Sequence record: PQ850614.1
Strand: one strand, 5' to 3'
From: Escherichia phage LorandFenyves_Bas91
DNA: 64,000 nt
Shown here: positions 9,659-21,168 of the stretch, one piece after another
How the letters are laid out: the number at the start of each line of letters is the position of its first letter
How positions within the stretch are numbered: the first letter of the stretch is position 1
Notes under the pieces: model-generated
Told to the model about the DNA's origin: nothing
Seen by the model: only the letters and a program-made list of their open reading frames with translations
The model's database searches: none
Position numbers and translations under genes: made by a program

Positions 9659-11308
9659 ATGCAACAGACAACTTACGCTCAGGTCAGAAGTCGTGACCCG
9701 AGAAATACTTTCTATGGTGTTAATCCGGGAGCGGCTTCGGCCTCTCCTTATATGGCTAGACCAACTCAGACAGCAGATATTTCTATGTATCAACGTCCTG
9801 CTGTACCTGCTGGGATTTCCTCTCTTGTAGGTCAAACTTCAGTAGATTATCAGAATATGTTGAATCCCGTTCAGAGTAATGGTCTTCCTTCTGATATCCC
9901 AAATGATGTACAACCTCAAGCACAACAGGCTGTAACTCTTCCTGAGTTTGAGAATCAAGAAACCATGCAAGCTGCTGGACTTTCTCCTTCTTCTATTCCT
10001 CCAGAATCAGAACCTCTTCCGGTAACACCTCCTACTAAACCGTTAGAAGCTGGTCCTATGGAGTTTACTCCTTCTCAGGTGGAACAGGCACAAGGTGTGA
10101 TTAATACTCTTGCTCAAGGACAAGACGCTGGTGATGGAATGACTGCTGCTACTCGTGCTAAAGATCAGGAACGCGTCAACAACGATATCTTGCAAGTTGC
10201 GAAAGCTAAAGACCCTTCGGAAGCTTGGAACAAACTACAGAAAGAACCATTCTATCAGAACTCTAGTTTCTACACAGGTTTGATGGGTGTAGGTCTTTCC
10301 ATTATGTCAGGTAAGTCTCCTATTGAAGCTTTCCAGATTGGTCAGGGAATGGCTAATCAAGATGAGACTAAGAAGCAACTGGAAGCTAACCGTGATGCTC
10401 TGATTGAACAAGGCTTCTCTCAAGACTCGATCGCAGCTGCTATTGCTAACGGAGACCCATCTCTACTGAAGATGAGAGCTGTAGACCCTGCTCAGAAAGA
10501 AGCGCTGTATGCTGCTCGTGAAGAACGACAAAATGCTGAATGGGATAGACGTCAACAGATTCAAGAGCAAACTATGCGTGAGCGTGCTGATGAAACTCGT
10601 CGTGCCGCTGAAGAAAGAGCTAACATGAACTTTGAACGTCAGAAAGAGTTGATTGGTTATCGTGATAAGGTTAAGGCTGAACGTGCTGAACAAGCTGCTC
10701 AGAGTTTTAACTTTAACCCGAAAGAAGTTCGTCTTGCTCAGAATACAGCTGAAGGTACGGTTGCTAAGCAGTGGGCAGAGAAAGGTGGCCTGTTTAACCA
10801 GTCTAACAAAGACTTGGATTTGGCTGACAAGGCTGTTAAGGATAAAGACTATCAGACAGCTCGTTCTGCTTACATGCAGGCTATCATGAACTCCGCAAGG
10901 GCTGAAATCGGTGCTACTCGTTCTCTTACCGAAGAAGACTTGGGGCACTTTGCAGAAGACCCATCAATCTTCGTTCGTGTTGGCAACAAGTTTGCACTGA
11001 AATCTGGATGGCGTCCTACTGATTCTGCTCTTGCTTATGCTCGTAAGCAAGCTAACGTTGGTCACACCTCTGCAATGAAAGGTGTTGCTGATGCTAAGAG
11101 AGCTACGATTGAAGCTTACATCGGTTCTGGTATGGATAAGAAGAGAGCTACTGCATTGGTTAACCGTGCAATCCCTTCTGGTGGTTTCTATGACCCTCTA
11201 GGTGTTTTCTCTGAACAAGCAGAAGAAGCAGTTGGTGGTGCAGCAACCAATCCTAAGCTTAATGGTGCTTTATCAGCTGTCGAAGACACTAGCTGGTTTA
11301 CTCAATAA
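9659..11308 (+). CDS. internal virion / ejection protein (function inferred from position only)
   Basis: 549-aa ORF with AGGAGA RBS. Pro/Gln-rich N-terminus and a charged helical middle. Lies in the run of presumed ejection proteins. Confidence 0.65.
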   Translation: MQQTTYAQVRSRDPRNTFYGVNPGAASASPYMARPTQTADISMYQRPAVPAGISSLVGQTSVDYQNMLNPVQSNGLPSDIPNDVQPQAQQAVTLPEFENQETMQAAGLSPSSIPPESEPLPVTPPTKPLEAGPMEFTPSQVEQAQGVINTLAQGQDAGDGMTAATRAKDQERVNNDILQVAKAKDPSEAWNKLQKEPFYQNSSFYTGLMGVGLSIMSGKSPIEAFQIGQGMANQDETKKQLEANRDALIEQGFSQDSIAAAIANGDPSLLKMRAVDPAQKEALYAAREERQNAEWDRRQQIQEQTMRERADETRRAAEERANMNFERQKELIGYRDKVKAERAEQAAQSFNFNPKEVRLAQNTAEGTVAKQWAEKGGLFNQSNKDLDLADKAVKDKDYQTARSAYMQAIMNSARAEIGATRSLTEEDLGHFAEDPSIFVRVGNKFALKSGWRPTDSALAYARKQANVGHTSAMKGVADAKRATIEAYIGSGMDKKRATALVNRAIPSGGFYDPLGVFSEQAEEAVGGAATNPKLNGALSAVEDTSWFTQ

Positions 11309-11328
11309 GACCTAAGTCCTGCCTTCTA

Positions 11329-11337
11329 TAATGTATA
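11329..11337 (+). promoter_or_regulatory. TAATGTATA box (candidate phage-sigma middle/late promoter element)
   Basis: Exact 9-mer in the 67-bp gap upstream of the 1470-aa gene, 39 nt before its ATG. The same 9-mer recurs in other intergenic gaps. Confidence 0.5.
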
Positions 11338-11375
11338 TAGGGGGTAGGACATTTTTATTTATAAAAGGAGACGTT

Positions 11376-14300
11376 ATGGCTAACATTAAACCGTGGGAAG
11401 AAGCTTCCAAAGCTCCTGCGTATCTGAATGCCTCTCCGGAGCAACAAGCTCAAATGAGAGAACAATATAAGGCAGCAGGTGGCTCTATTCCTGAGGAACA
11501 ACCAGTAGCACAACCACAACAAGAAGAACGTGGTGCTATAGGTGAGTTTGCTCAAGGTGTGTCAAATGCTCTTCAATCTGGTGGTGCAAATATTGCAGCT
11601 AGTGCTGCTAAAGGTATTGGTGGTTTAGTTGAGATTGGTGAGAATCTAGCTGGAGCACAAACTAGTTATGGTAAGCGTATCCAAGAGAACTCTCAGAATC
11701 TTCTGAAAGAACGTATGGATAAGATTGAGGATGGGATTGGTAAAACTGTAGGTCAGTATGCTGGCGTTGCTGGTGATATTGGTATGACTGTTGCTAACCC
11801 ATTGGCTGCTGCTGCTATCATCGCAGGTCGTGAGACAGGTCGTGCATATGCAGACCAAACCCCTGAAGAGGGAGAAGATAAGTCTATTCTAGATGCAGCC
11901 TTAGTTGGTGGTGCTAACTATGCGGCTCAGAGAATCCTTCCGGGTGCTGTCGGTACAGCTGAGTCCACACTTGGACGTATTGTTCAGAACGTTGCTAGTA
12001 ACGCAGTGGCTGGTGCTAAAGGTGGTGCTCTTGTGGGTGCTGCTGAAGCTCAGAATAAGCACGGAGATGACACAACCTTTGCTAATGTATTAGAAGGTGC
12101 TATCGAAGAAGGTGCTATGGGTGCTGCATTCGGTGGTGCAGTTGGTGGGGTTCATGGTTTGATTAGCCGTCCGGATTCTGCTGTCTTCAAGAATACTCCA
12201 GAGTATGCGAAGACTGATATTGCTGCTGATGATGAACTAATTCGTAGTGCTAAGAATATTGATGAACTGAAAGAAGCTTACTCTAAAGCTGAAACTGCTA
12301 ACGCTGCTTCTGCTCTTAACCTTCTGGATGAGAATGGATTCCGTATTACAGATGCTGTTGCTGTAGATTCTCCTGCTGCTCAGCGTATTCTTAATACTGA
12401 CCAAGCTCGTGCTGAGAAAGCTGCTTCTGTTCAGAAAGAACATTCCAACATTCCGGGCCTTAATCCTTTAGCTTCTCCTGCTAAGACTCGTGGTAAAGCA
12501 TTTGCTGATAATGAGCACAACCAGAAGCAGGCTGTTGCTATGAAGGATGCAATGGCTGACTACACCAAAGACAACACGAAAGCTCTTACAGATGTTCTAG
12601 ATAACCTAGACCGTGAATTAACTTCTCTCCGAGCTTCTGGTGATTTTACTGGTAGTCCGATTGATATTAAGAATCGTACACAAGCTGACCGTGATTTCAT
12701 TGATGCTTACAAGACTTTCTACAATGAAGCAAATCGATTCAAAGCTCGTGATGGTGAAGACTTTAATAACTTTGTAGAGAAAGCTGCTGAACTACAGAAG
12801 ATGGCTGATAATGTTTCTCCAGAGATGAAGAAAGCTATTGGTGGGTTGAAGAAACTGAAAGGTATGCCTGAAGGTTTTAATCCTATTCAAGATGCTTATA
12901 CTCTGAACAATACAGCTAAATTCATGAGCAACCAAGATCGTGGTTGGACTTCCTTGACTGATGATGGATTCCGTGAAGCTTCTTCACCTAGTCTGGTAAT
13001 GAACACTCTTGGTGCTGCTAAGTATGCTCTGAATCGCTTCTCTTCTCAGCGTGCTCGTTCTCAACGTGTTAAGCAACAAGAATCTAACAGTGAAACTATC
13101 CGCTCTCTTGCTCGTGGTGATTTGGAAGTTGCTCGTGCTAAATCTACTGCTGATGAAGCTCGTGCTAAGATGGAAGAAGAACCAGTTGTTGATGACATTA
13201 AATTTAAGACGCAAAATGACGTGGAAACCGAACCGGTTCGGGAGCCTTCTTCTAGTACTGTGACGGAAGAAAATCTTCCTTCTTCTACTCCTCAAGAAAC
13301 CCCTCTCACAGCTCGTGATTTAGTTGCGCAAAGACGCGCTATCCGTCAGGCTGAACAGCGTCGCGCTGAAGAAGAGGCATTGGCTGCTCAAGAAGCTCCG
13401 GTCGAACAAGCTCCACAGGCTGAACCTCTCCCTGCTCGTAATCCTCTAGAGGAGCGTCGTGCAATGGAACAGCAACGTGCTCAAGAAGAGGCCGCACAGG
13501 CTCCAGAACCAACCGTAGAGGAACCAACAGTCAAAGCTGAGCCATTACCTGCTCGTGCTCCTAAAGCTCCTAAGGAAGCTGTACAGGACGTTAAACCGGC
13601 AAGTGGTGTAGAACGTTTAGCTGCTATGTCTAGTGCTGCTCGTCAGGCTACTAAAGATCGTGCAGAACGCTTTGCTCGTTCTCTGTACTCTAAGGCTGCT
13701 AAAGCTAAAGCTACTGCTGAAAACTTCTTGGCTTATAAAGGCGATCCTAAGGAACTGATGCGTCGTATTCGTCAGGAAGATAATGCTATCAACACTGAAC
13801 GTCATGAAGAAATGGCTCGTAACCAGCTGGCCTCTCAGCAAGGTATTGCTACTGCTAAGAACAACACTGTACGAACTAATTTTGCTGAATGGGTTAAAGA
13901 ACGTGGTCTGCCAGAAGACATTGCTACTAAGGCATTACGTGCTGAAGAGAAAGGTTTAGGTGGGAACGTAACTAACTTGGATAGTCTGAAACGTCGTGCT
14001 GAAAGGTTGTATCAGAAGCAGCGTGAGGATGAGTTTGATAGACTGTACCAACAAGCTCTAGAAGAGAACAAAGCTTTCGATAAGAAAGATGCTCCTAAAC
14101 TGGTTGATCAGAAGAAAGAGCTTCAGTCTGAGATTGATGCTTTGATTGATTCAGAACCTTTACGTCCTGCTCAGAAAGATGCTATGCGTAAGCTGATGAA
14201 TGACTTTGTAGATGGGAAGTTTAAATCTTCAGAGAAGGCTGGTAGGGAAGAGGCTTTGGAAGTTGGTCAGATGAAGGATATTTGGGATGGGTTTATTAAC

Positions 14301-15797
14301 ACCTACAACAGAGAAGTGAATGCCTTCAACAAAGCTAACAAGAACTCTCAGTACGAAGCTGCTGCTAAGCACTTACAGGCTCGTGAAGAACGTCTTGCTA
14401 CCCTCAGGAAAAAGGCTCAGGCTCGTTCAGATGCTAAGGCTGCTGTTGAGAATGAACGTAAAACTTTAGAGGCTATTGCAGCTCAGAAGAGTGAGATTGA
14501 GAAGATGATGGAAGGTTTACCTAAACCTGTTCGTGAGGCTCAGGAATCTCGTACATTGAAACAGTTGGCTGCTCACCATGATAAGAACTCTCCAGTTCCT
14601 CCAGAGAAGTTCCGTAGTTACATTGAACGTATCCACAACGCCGAGTCAGATTACCTTGATCGTCAGCGTCGTTTAACTGACGCAGAGGAAGATGCTCGTC
14701 AGGCCAAGTGGAACAAGATGTACGAGCAAGCGGAAGAGATGAACCGTAAGTTTGATGTGGACAAGAGAGTTAAGCGCAGTGAAGAGCTTAAAGCGGCCCA
14801 AGAGCGTGAGAATGACCTTATGGCAGTACAACGTCAACGTGATGACATTCATCGCCGCCTGATGCGTACTATGGAAGATAAGGGCATATCTAGAGAGGAT
14901 GCTGAAGCATTTGCTGGTTCCTATATGGACAACCGTTATGCACTTCTTGAGAAGCCTATGACTCCCACTGAACATCAGAATGCTCGTTCTCGTATCGAAG
15001 CTGATGTTGAGAAGTTTGCTAAGAAGTACGAATCAATGACTCCTATCGAGAAAGAGATTGTTAAGGTTACTGGAGATACTGAAGGTAAGCTTGATAACTT
15101 GGATGCGGATACTAGGAAGGCTATTGAGGAGGCTCAGAAGGTTGACTCTGATATTAAGAAACTGCAAGAGGAGGAGTTGGAGATGGAGAAGATTCGTTCT
15201 GCTCTGCCTGATGATGAAAGATCTCAAGCAAATTCTGATATCTTGGAAAGCATTAAACAACAGGAAGAGGTCTTTGCTGATAAAGTAGAGAAAGCTTTCT
15301 TGAGTGGGAAGAGCTTGGATGAGTTGGCTAGTGTGGCTGAAGTTTTAGACAGGGTTCATGGTGCAGATAAGGCTGGTAACAACCGTCGCTTTGTACGTGC
15401 ATTGCAGACTGCTGCTGAAAACAAGAAGAAGTATGGTGATAATCCAGTAGCTTGGTTTAGTGCTGATGATTACTCTGCCATTGCTAAACTTGGTGCTTCT
15501 TCCGCAGGTGGTAACAAATCCAGAGCACTGGAGAAGATCTTTGGTTCTACAGCTGAACAGGCTAAGAGTAAGTTGCTTGGTAGGGATGATGTAGCGAAGA
15601 TGAGACGTGTAATTGAAGAGAACCCTGATATTAAGATTCCTTCTTACAAGACAACGAATCGTACTGAGTACTTGCAGTTCTTGGAGAAGTTTAATGACGA
15701 AGGGAAGCCTAAGATTAAACGTGGCTCATTGTCAGAGAAGCTTGAACGCAGTAAGCGTCAATCGAGACTCCGTGTAAGAGTTCGACCTAAGGAGTGA
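11376..15797 (+). CDS. very large charged virion protein (ejection/internal protein candidate)
   Basis: Start moved to ATG 11376 (AAAGGAG RBS). The track's 11331 start lies inside the promoter box. ~1470 aa with a Gly/Ala-rich N-terminal region, then long E/K/R/A helical low-complexity. AEPLPAR is duplicated. Confidence 0.75.
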   Translation: MANIKPWEEASKAPAYLNASPEQQAQMREQYKAAGGSIPEEQPVAQPQQEERGAIGEFAQGVSNALQSGGANIAASAAKGIGGLVEIGENLAGAQTSYGKRIQENSQNLLKERMDKIEDGIGKTVGQYAGVAGDIGMTVANPLAAAAIIAGRETGRAYADQTPEEGEDKSILDAALVGGANYAAQRILPGAVGTAESTLGRIVQNVASNAVAGAKGGALVGAAEAQNKHGDDTTFANVLEGAIEEGAMGAAFGGAVGGVHGLISRPDSAVFKNTPEYAKTDIAADDELIRSAKNIDELKEAYSKAETANAASALNLLDENGFRITDAVAVDSPAAQRILNTDQARAEKAASVQKEHSNIPGLNPLASPAKTRGKAFADNEHNQKQAVAMKDAMADYTKDNTKALTDVLDNLDRELTSLRASGDFTGSPIDIKNRTQADRDFIDAYKTFYNEANRFKARDGEDFNNFVEKAAELQKMADNVSPEMKKAIGGLKKLKGMPEGFNPIQDAYTLNNTAKFMSNQDRGWTSLTDDGFREASSPSLVMNTLGAAKYALNRFSSQRARSQRVKQQESNSETIRSLARGDLEVARAKSTADEARAKMEEEPVVDDIKFKTQNDVETEPVREPSSSTVTEENLPSSTPQETPLTARDLVAQRRAIRQAEQRRAEEEALAAQEAPVEQAPQAEPLPARNPLEERRAMEQQRAQEEAAQAPEPTVEEPTVKAEPLPARAPKAPKEAVQDVKPASGVERLAAMSSAARQATKDRAERFARSLYSKAAKAKATAENFLAYKGDPKELMRRIRQEDNAINTERHEEMARNQLASQQGIATAKNNTVRTNFAEWVKERGLPEDIATKALRAEEKGLGGNVTNLDSLKRRAERLYQKQREDEFDRLYQQALEENKAFDKKDAPKLVDQKKELQSEIDALIDSEPLRPAQKDAMRKLMNDFVDGKFKSSEKAGREEALEVGQMKDIWDGFINTYNREVNAFNKANKNSQYEAAAKHLQAREERLATLRKKAQARSDAKAAVENERKTLEAIAAQKSEIEKMMEGLPKPVREAQESRTLKQLAAHHDKNSPVPPEKFRSYIERIHNAESDYLDRQRRLTDAEEDARQAKWNKMYEQAEEMNRKFDVDKRVKRSEELKAAQERENDLMAVQRQRDDIHRRLMRTMEDKGISREDAEAFAGSYMDNRYALLEKPMTPTEHQNARSRIEADVEKFAKKYESMTPIEKEIVKVTGDTEGKLDNLDADTRKAIEEAQKVDSDIKKLQEEELEMEKIRSALPDDERSQANSDILESIKQQEEVFADKVEKAFLSGKSLDELASVAEVLDRVHGADKAGNNRRFVRALQTAAENKKKYGDNPVAWFSADDYSAIAKLGASSAGGNKSRALEKIFGSTAEQAKSKLLGRDDVAKMRRVIEENPDIKIPSYKTTNRTEYLQFLEKFNDEGKPKIKRGSLSEKLERSKRQSRLRVRVRPKE

Positions 15798-15805
15798 TAA
15801 AAGAA

Positions 15806-15840
15806 AAGCCCCAACCGAAAGGAAGGGGCTTTATTTGTTT
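15806..15840 (+). terminator. intrinsic terminator at the convergence of + and - strand transcription
   Basis: AGCCCC...GGGGCT stem followed by TTATTTGTTT, immediately after the 1470-aa gene stop. Confidence 0.65.
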
Positions 15841-15885
15841 CTAAGTTTTAAAAACCATCAAATTCGTCATACATCCCAATTCTCT

Positions 15886-15978
15886 TCAGAAGTCTGGATG
15901 TTCATCTTTAAAGCATCCTGAGATACCCCCATAGAACCAATCTGATTTACTTCCAAGGATAACAACTTCTTCATTCAT
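15886..15978 (-). CDS. small ORF (30 aa), hypothetical
   Basis: Below the track threshold. AGGAGG RBS 4 nt before ATG (MNEEVVILGSKSDWFYGG...). Confidence 0.3.
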   Translation of the reverse strand: MNEEVVILGSKSDWFYGGISGCFKDEHPDF

Positions 15979-15986
15979 ATACCCTC

Positions 15987-16148
15987 CTAGATTGTGTTTA
16001 TAAAATTAGTAAGTTTCTCTTCACTTTCATCAAAAGCTTTTCCAGCTGCTTCCATCTCCCAAGTATCGGCATTGTCAATAAAGCTCTGAGCTTCTAATAG
16101 GTCGTGGATTAAGTCGAAGAGTTTATTTTTATCTGCTTGTGTGATCAT
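15987..16148 (-). CDS. small acidic protein (53 aa), hypothetical
   Basis: Below the track threshold. AGGAA RBS. MITQADKNKLFDLIHDLLEAQSF... Its stop overlaps the RBS of the next small ORF. Confidence 0.4.
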   Translation of the reverse strand: MITQADKNKLFDLIHDLLEAQSFIDNADTWEMEAAGKAFDESEEKLTNFINTI

Positions 16149-16156
16149 GTCAGTTC

Positions 16157-16384
16157 CTAGATTAAATCGTAATACTGAATAATGTCAGAGAGTTTGAACT
16201 CTCGAATCTCATCTTTCTCTACATCTATCGCTGTCATAATCCAACAAGGTTTACCACCATTATGAAAACGGGAGCTAGCAACGGAGGTTCGGAGTGGAAT
16301 AACGGACCGGTCAGCAACCTCGCCTCTCCAATTGCGATAGCGAAAGCGAAGCACTTGTTGCGTAGATTTTTGATCATCACTCAT
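16157..16384 (-). CDS. small protein with WYL-like pattern (weak call)
   Basis: Start moved to ATG 16384, which overlaps the HNH gene stop by 8 nt. Pattern RFRYRNWRGEVADRSVIPL...WIMTAID...EIREFKLSDI resembles a WYL-type beta domain, by eye only. Confidence 0.45.
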   Translation of the reverse strand: MSDDQKSTQQVLRFRYRNWRGEVADRSVIPLRTSVASSRFHNGGKPCWIMTAIDVEKDEIREFKLSDIIQYYDLI

Positions 16385-16778
16385 TTCCTTTTTTGAATTG
16401 TTTTCTTGCATCATTCTCTTCTTTTGTTTTAATCTTATGACAAGGGTCTTTACACAGAACCTGAAAACCTTCTTTCTCACACAGAGCACGAGAGATGATT
16501 TCATCCCAAGTTGCTTCATGATCTAAGGGAACTATAGGCTCTATGTGGTCAATAGCCATATCCTTTACAGGGTGGTCAGAACCACACATGGCACACTTAA
16601 AGTGCATTGCCAGTCTGCCTGTCTTTGGATTAATCTTCTGCTCTGTCTTGGCGTCTGCTAGTGCATCGAACATGGGCTTCCACTTTCTAGTCAGAGAACG
16701 AATCCCTGACTTGATGAAAGAGTTGTAACGAGCTTCAGTCCACATTCCACTACAGCGAGTCTTCTCAGACTTCGCCAT
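16377..16778 (-). CDS. HNH endonuclease
   Basis: CAMCGSDHPVKDMAIDHIEPIVPLD plus a downstream His/Cys pair. 133 aa. Confidence 0.8.
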   Translation of the reverse strand: MAKSEKTRCSGMWTEARYNSFIKSGIRSLTRKWKPMFDALADAKTEQKINPKTGRLAMHFKCAMCGSDHPVKDMAIDHIEPIVPLDHEATWDEIISRALCEKEGFQVLCKDPCHKIKTKEENDARKQFKKGNE

Positions 16779-16944
16779 AATCAGCTTCTTCCCAAACTCG
16801 TTTGTTTACACGATGGCTTACTTTACCCTCACGAGGAATACGACCAGTCCGCTGATCAAACAGTTGATGTTTAATCTTTTGGTCTTTACGAGATTCACGA
16901 TTGGAGGAGTTTTCATCATATGAACGATAATCAAATTTACCCAT
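16765..16944 (-). CDS. small basic protein (59 aa), hypothetical
   Basis: Just below the track threshold. AAGGA RBS. Fills the 16779-16957 gap and overlaps the HNH start by 14 nt. Confidence 0.5.
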   Translation of the reverse strand: MGKFDYRSYDENSSNRESRKDQKIKHQLFDQRTGRIPREGKVSHRVNKRVWEEADYGEV

Positions 16945-16957
16945 TATAATATCCTTA

Positions 16958-17776
16958 TTACCAAGATTTATCTAACCATGTCCAGTCGAACAGGTCTTCC
17001 GGAGTCTGACCAACAAAGAGAAGCCGAGCATTCTCGAGCATCTTCTCTTCATCTTCAGTATCGAACTTCTTATAATATTCCATTCGTACTATATGATACA
17101 TGGTCCACTTATCTGTAACACCAGCCAACAGTTTAGCTGCTGCTTTCTTCCCTATTCCTTGACGTCGAAGCTGGAGCTTACCACCCCACATAACTTCTTT
17201 ACGTTCTCCGCATCCGGGGATATTATCTGTACCGTCTCCAACCAGCATCTGATAGAAGAAATTTTGCCATGAAACTAAATCAGACACGTAGTGAGGGGGA
17301 ACCTCTTTCTGTCTTTCTCCACAAGCCCAACGATAATGCCATCCGGGAGTTATCAACAAATCTTTGTCTCTAGTACAGATGATAGTGTTCTTATCTCTGC
17401 GTTGCCTTTCAGCTAGTGCATCATCAGCCTCTCTCCCAAATACGTCTATGTATTCATATTTACCTTTAATGTAATCACCAACGTTTTGCCAGTGAAAAGG
17501 TCTTTCTCCGGGAGGTCTATTTGCTTTGTAGTCTTGCTGCTTAGCAACATCAAAACGGAAGTTACCACCTTCGCTGAAGTAGAACACAACCTTACTACAA
17601 CCTGAGCGAGCTATGATTGTATCAATCTTGTACTGAAGTCGTTCAATCATGAAATTGTAGTCAACTGGAACACGTCCTGTGTCAAGGAAGGGATGCTCCT
17701 GAGTAAGAGCACCCACTTCATATCGAAGAACGTCAGCATCCACTATAGCTACTTCAGGGAGCTTAACGTCTTCCAT
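16958..17776 (-). CDS. 5'-3' exonuclease / flap endonuclease (FEN, RNase H-like)
   Basis: PIN-like acidic clusters (IVDADVL, GREADDALA, TRDKDL) and H3TH motif LVGDGTDNIPGCG. Confidence 0.85.
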   Translation of the reverse strand: MEDVKLPEVAIVDADVLRYEVGALTQEHPFLDTGRVPVDYNFMIERLQYKIDTIIARSGCSKVVFYFSEGGNFRFDVAKQQDYKANRPPGERPFHWQNVGDYIKGKYEYIDVFGREADDALAERQRRDKNTIICTRDKDLLITPGWHYRWACGERQKEVPPHYVSDLVSWQNFFYQMLVGDGTDNIPGCGERKEVMWGGKLQLRRQGIGKKAAAKLLAGVTDKWTMYHIVRMEYYKKFDTEDEEKMLENARLLFVGQTPEDLFDWTWLDKSW

Positions 17777-17777
17777 A

Positions 17778-18304
17778 TTATTCTCCTAACAGCTTACGGA
17801 TTTCATTACGGAAGTTATCATACTCTTCAGGGTATTCAAACCCACATTCGAGAAGAGCGTAGTGAACAACCTTCAACAAATCCTGAGCCTTATTCTTATC
17901 CTTGTGTCGATAAGCATATTTGATCATGTTGGTTTGTTGGAAGTTCAACTGAGGGTTTGCATGGTAAAACTCAACAGGTTGAATGATTTTAGATTCAGGG
18001 TTATAATGTGCACCACCAACCATAGTGTCTAAAGCTGGACTCCTTTTGCTGGTTTGTTCAGTTGTAGCTTTAAAGCTGACTACAGGAACAGAGGAATAAA
18101 TTGGATACGCTTCACCTACTGGTGGTTTTACTATCAATCTTTTCATTGCAAATCGAATTTCTGTATCAGCGGAACATGAAGAGATTTCTTCAACAGATTT
18201 ACGATAACTGTCAATAACTGCACGTAGCATAGAGACTGTCTTAGTCTTCTCTTTTAATTTCTCTGTTAGTACAATAACTTCTGCTTTTTTGGATTCAAAC
18301 TCGT

Positions 18305-18314
<10 letters not shown>
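17778..18314 (-). CDS. DUF3310 (SaV-like) domain protein
   Basis: C-terminal pattern GGAHYNP...IQPVEF...IKYAYRHKDKNKAQDLLKVVHYAL matches my memory of DUF3310. The N-terminus is coiled coil. Confidence 0.6.
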
Positions 18315-19800
<1,486 letters not shown>

Positions 19801-19801
<1 letters not shown>

Positions 19802-20061
19802 TATTTTATTCCACGTTCTTTCAGAGCTTCTAACAATCCATTGTGATTGGCAGCACATTCTGTGTACTGGTCCTGATACCACTCCAACGTAGTGGCTAGT
19901 GCTTTTCCTTGAGCACTTTCTAAAAGAGGTAGGTCAACCCTACATTCAGCTTTTAGGTTTGTTGGTAAGGGCATTGATTGCCTGCTGTTGTCGCTCATTG
20001 AACAAGCTGACAAACTCATCGCTAGCGCAGACATTATAAAAAACTGGTTTAGTTTTCTCAT
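19801..20061 (-). CDS. outer-membrane lipoprotein, o-spanin (Rz1-like) candidate
   Basis: Start at ATG 20061 (MRKLNQFFIMSALAMSLSAC) with lipobox L-S-A-C. Overlaps the 3' part of the i-spanin candidate in another frame. Confidence 0.6.
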
Positions 20062-20296
20062 AATGCATCTCTTTATAAATAGTTTCCGTGTTCTTCTTCC
20101 AGTTAGATAAACCGGTAAGAACCCTCTGAGCAACTTCATCAGCTGCCCTACTTCTTTCAATCTCTAACTCTTGCTGGTGCTTCTCTTTGTCCAGATTACT
20201 GCTGTCTGTTTGGTACTCGTTAAACTTCATACCACCAAAGAATACAAGAGCTGAGAAAACGATAAACCCTAAGTTATCACTTAATGTGTTTTGCAT
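19946..20296 (-). CDS. i-spanin (Rz-like) candidate
   Basis: Start at ATG 20296 (GGAGA RBS, just after the SSB terminator). N-terminal TMD LGFIVFSALVFFGG followed by a charged coiled coil. Confidence 0.6.
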   Translation of the reverse strand: MQNTLSDNLGFIVFSALVFFGGMKFNEYQTDSSNLDKEKHQQELEIERSRAADEVAQRVLTGLSNWKKNTETIYKEMHYEKTKPVFYNVCASDEFVSLFNERQQQAINALTNKPKS

Positions 20297-20308
20297 GTTG
20301 TCTCCAAC

Positions 20309-20334
20309 GAAAAAAGCCACCCGGAGGTGGCTAA
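20309..20334 (-). terminator. intrinsic terminator after the SSB gene
   Basis: Minus strand AGCCACC-tccg-GGTGGCT followed by TTTTTT. Confidence 0.65.
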
Positions 20335-20353
20335 GCTATAACAAGGAGAGTTA

Positions 20354-21100
20354 TTAGAACGGGCTAGAGTCGTCATCTTCATAAGTAGAAGCTGGTTCTT
20401 TGTCAATCGTAGGGATTGAAGGAGTAGCTTCTTTCTGCTCTGTTTCAGAAGCACGAGTAATTTCACGACCAGCCAGAGGCATGTTCTTAGCGTCATTAGC
20501 TTGAGTAAGCAGGTTGCGCTGGAACGGGAACATCAGTTGATAGGATGCTACGTTCTCATCGGTTTCAGCATACGGTTCGAAAAATACCAGAGGGCTACGA
20601 GCTTCACCAACTGCTGCACGATATTTGGTTGGGATTGGAGAAATGGTTTTGATGGAGTTTTTAACTTCACCAGCTTTGTTAGTGTAAGAGTTAACCAGAA
20701 TGTTAACAGGCTGACCTAACAGCACATCCTTGAACCAAGACAGATCACCTTTCAGTGCTTGAATACTTGGGTCAATCATCTTGCAAAGATCAAGAATACC
20801 AGAGTTCTTAGCTCGTGGGTTTACATCATAACTCTTGAACTGGCAAGCCGGACGTGGTTCTAATGCCTTACCATCGGAATCTTTACCAGTAGCATCAACA
20901 CCAATCAGCTCGAAAGCCAAATCCATACGGAAAGCCGGATTCTTAGGAGTTACTGCTTTGGTCTTCGGGTCAATCCAAGGGTCACGATTGTGAACACCCA
21001 AACCTACTACACGAACGATACGTGCTTCGTATTCACCATCAGGGATTACATCGTAGTTGGATTTACGGGAAGCAGTTGCGATAGTTGGAATCATAGACAT
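20354..21100 (-). CDS. ssb: single-stranded DNA-binding protein (T7 gp2.5-like)
   Basis: 248 aa. The acidic C-terminal tail ending in an aromatic residue (...YEDDDSSPF) is typical of phage SSBs. Located in the replication region. Confidence 0.65.
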   Translation of the reverse strand: MSMIPTIATASRKSNYDVIPDGEYEARIVRVVGLGVHNRDPWIDPKTKAVTPKNPAFRMDLAFELIGVDATGKDSDGKALEPRPACQFKSYDVNPRAKNSGILDLCKMIDPSIQALKGDLSWFKDVLLGQPVNILVNSYTNKAGEVKNSIKTISPIPTKYRAAVGEARSPLVFFEPYAETDENVASYQLMFPFQRNLLTQANDAKNMPLAGREITRASETEQKEATPSIPTIDKEPASTYEDDDSSPF

Positions 21101-21159
21101 ATTTTAATTTCCTTATTTAATTTGAAAGATTGTTGCTCTCTTTGAGCGGTTATGTATAG

Positions 21160-21168
21160 TATACATTA
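21160..21168 (-). promoter_or_regulatory. TAATGTATA box upstream of ssb
   Basis: Exact 9-mer on the minus strand, 60 nt before the ssb ATG. Confidence 0.45.

Noticed and set aside
10463-10948. 161-aa minus-strand ORF, plus many similar 60-100-aa antisense or alternative-frame ORFs inside the large + strand genes (for example 1008..1217, 3399..3584, 12984..13295, 14673..14975, 15033..15260).
   Set aside because: They lie wholly inside long, well-supported structural genes, lack RBSs, and have Ser/Leu/Thr-rich shadow-frame composition. I treat them as antisense artefacts.
11376-15797. Possibility that the ~1470-aa protein is an N4-like virion RNA polymerase.
   Set aside because: I could not see any single-subunit RNAP or DNAP catalytic motif. 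The sequence is dominated by E/K/R/A helical low-complexity. The phage instead encodes a sigma factor, implying use of host RNAP.
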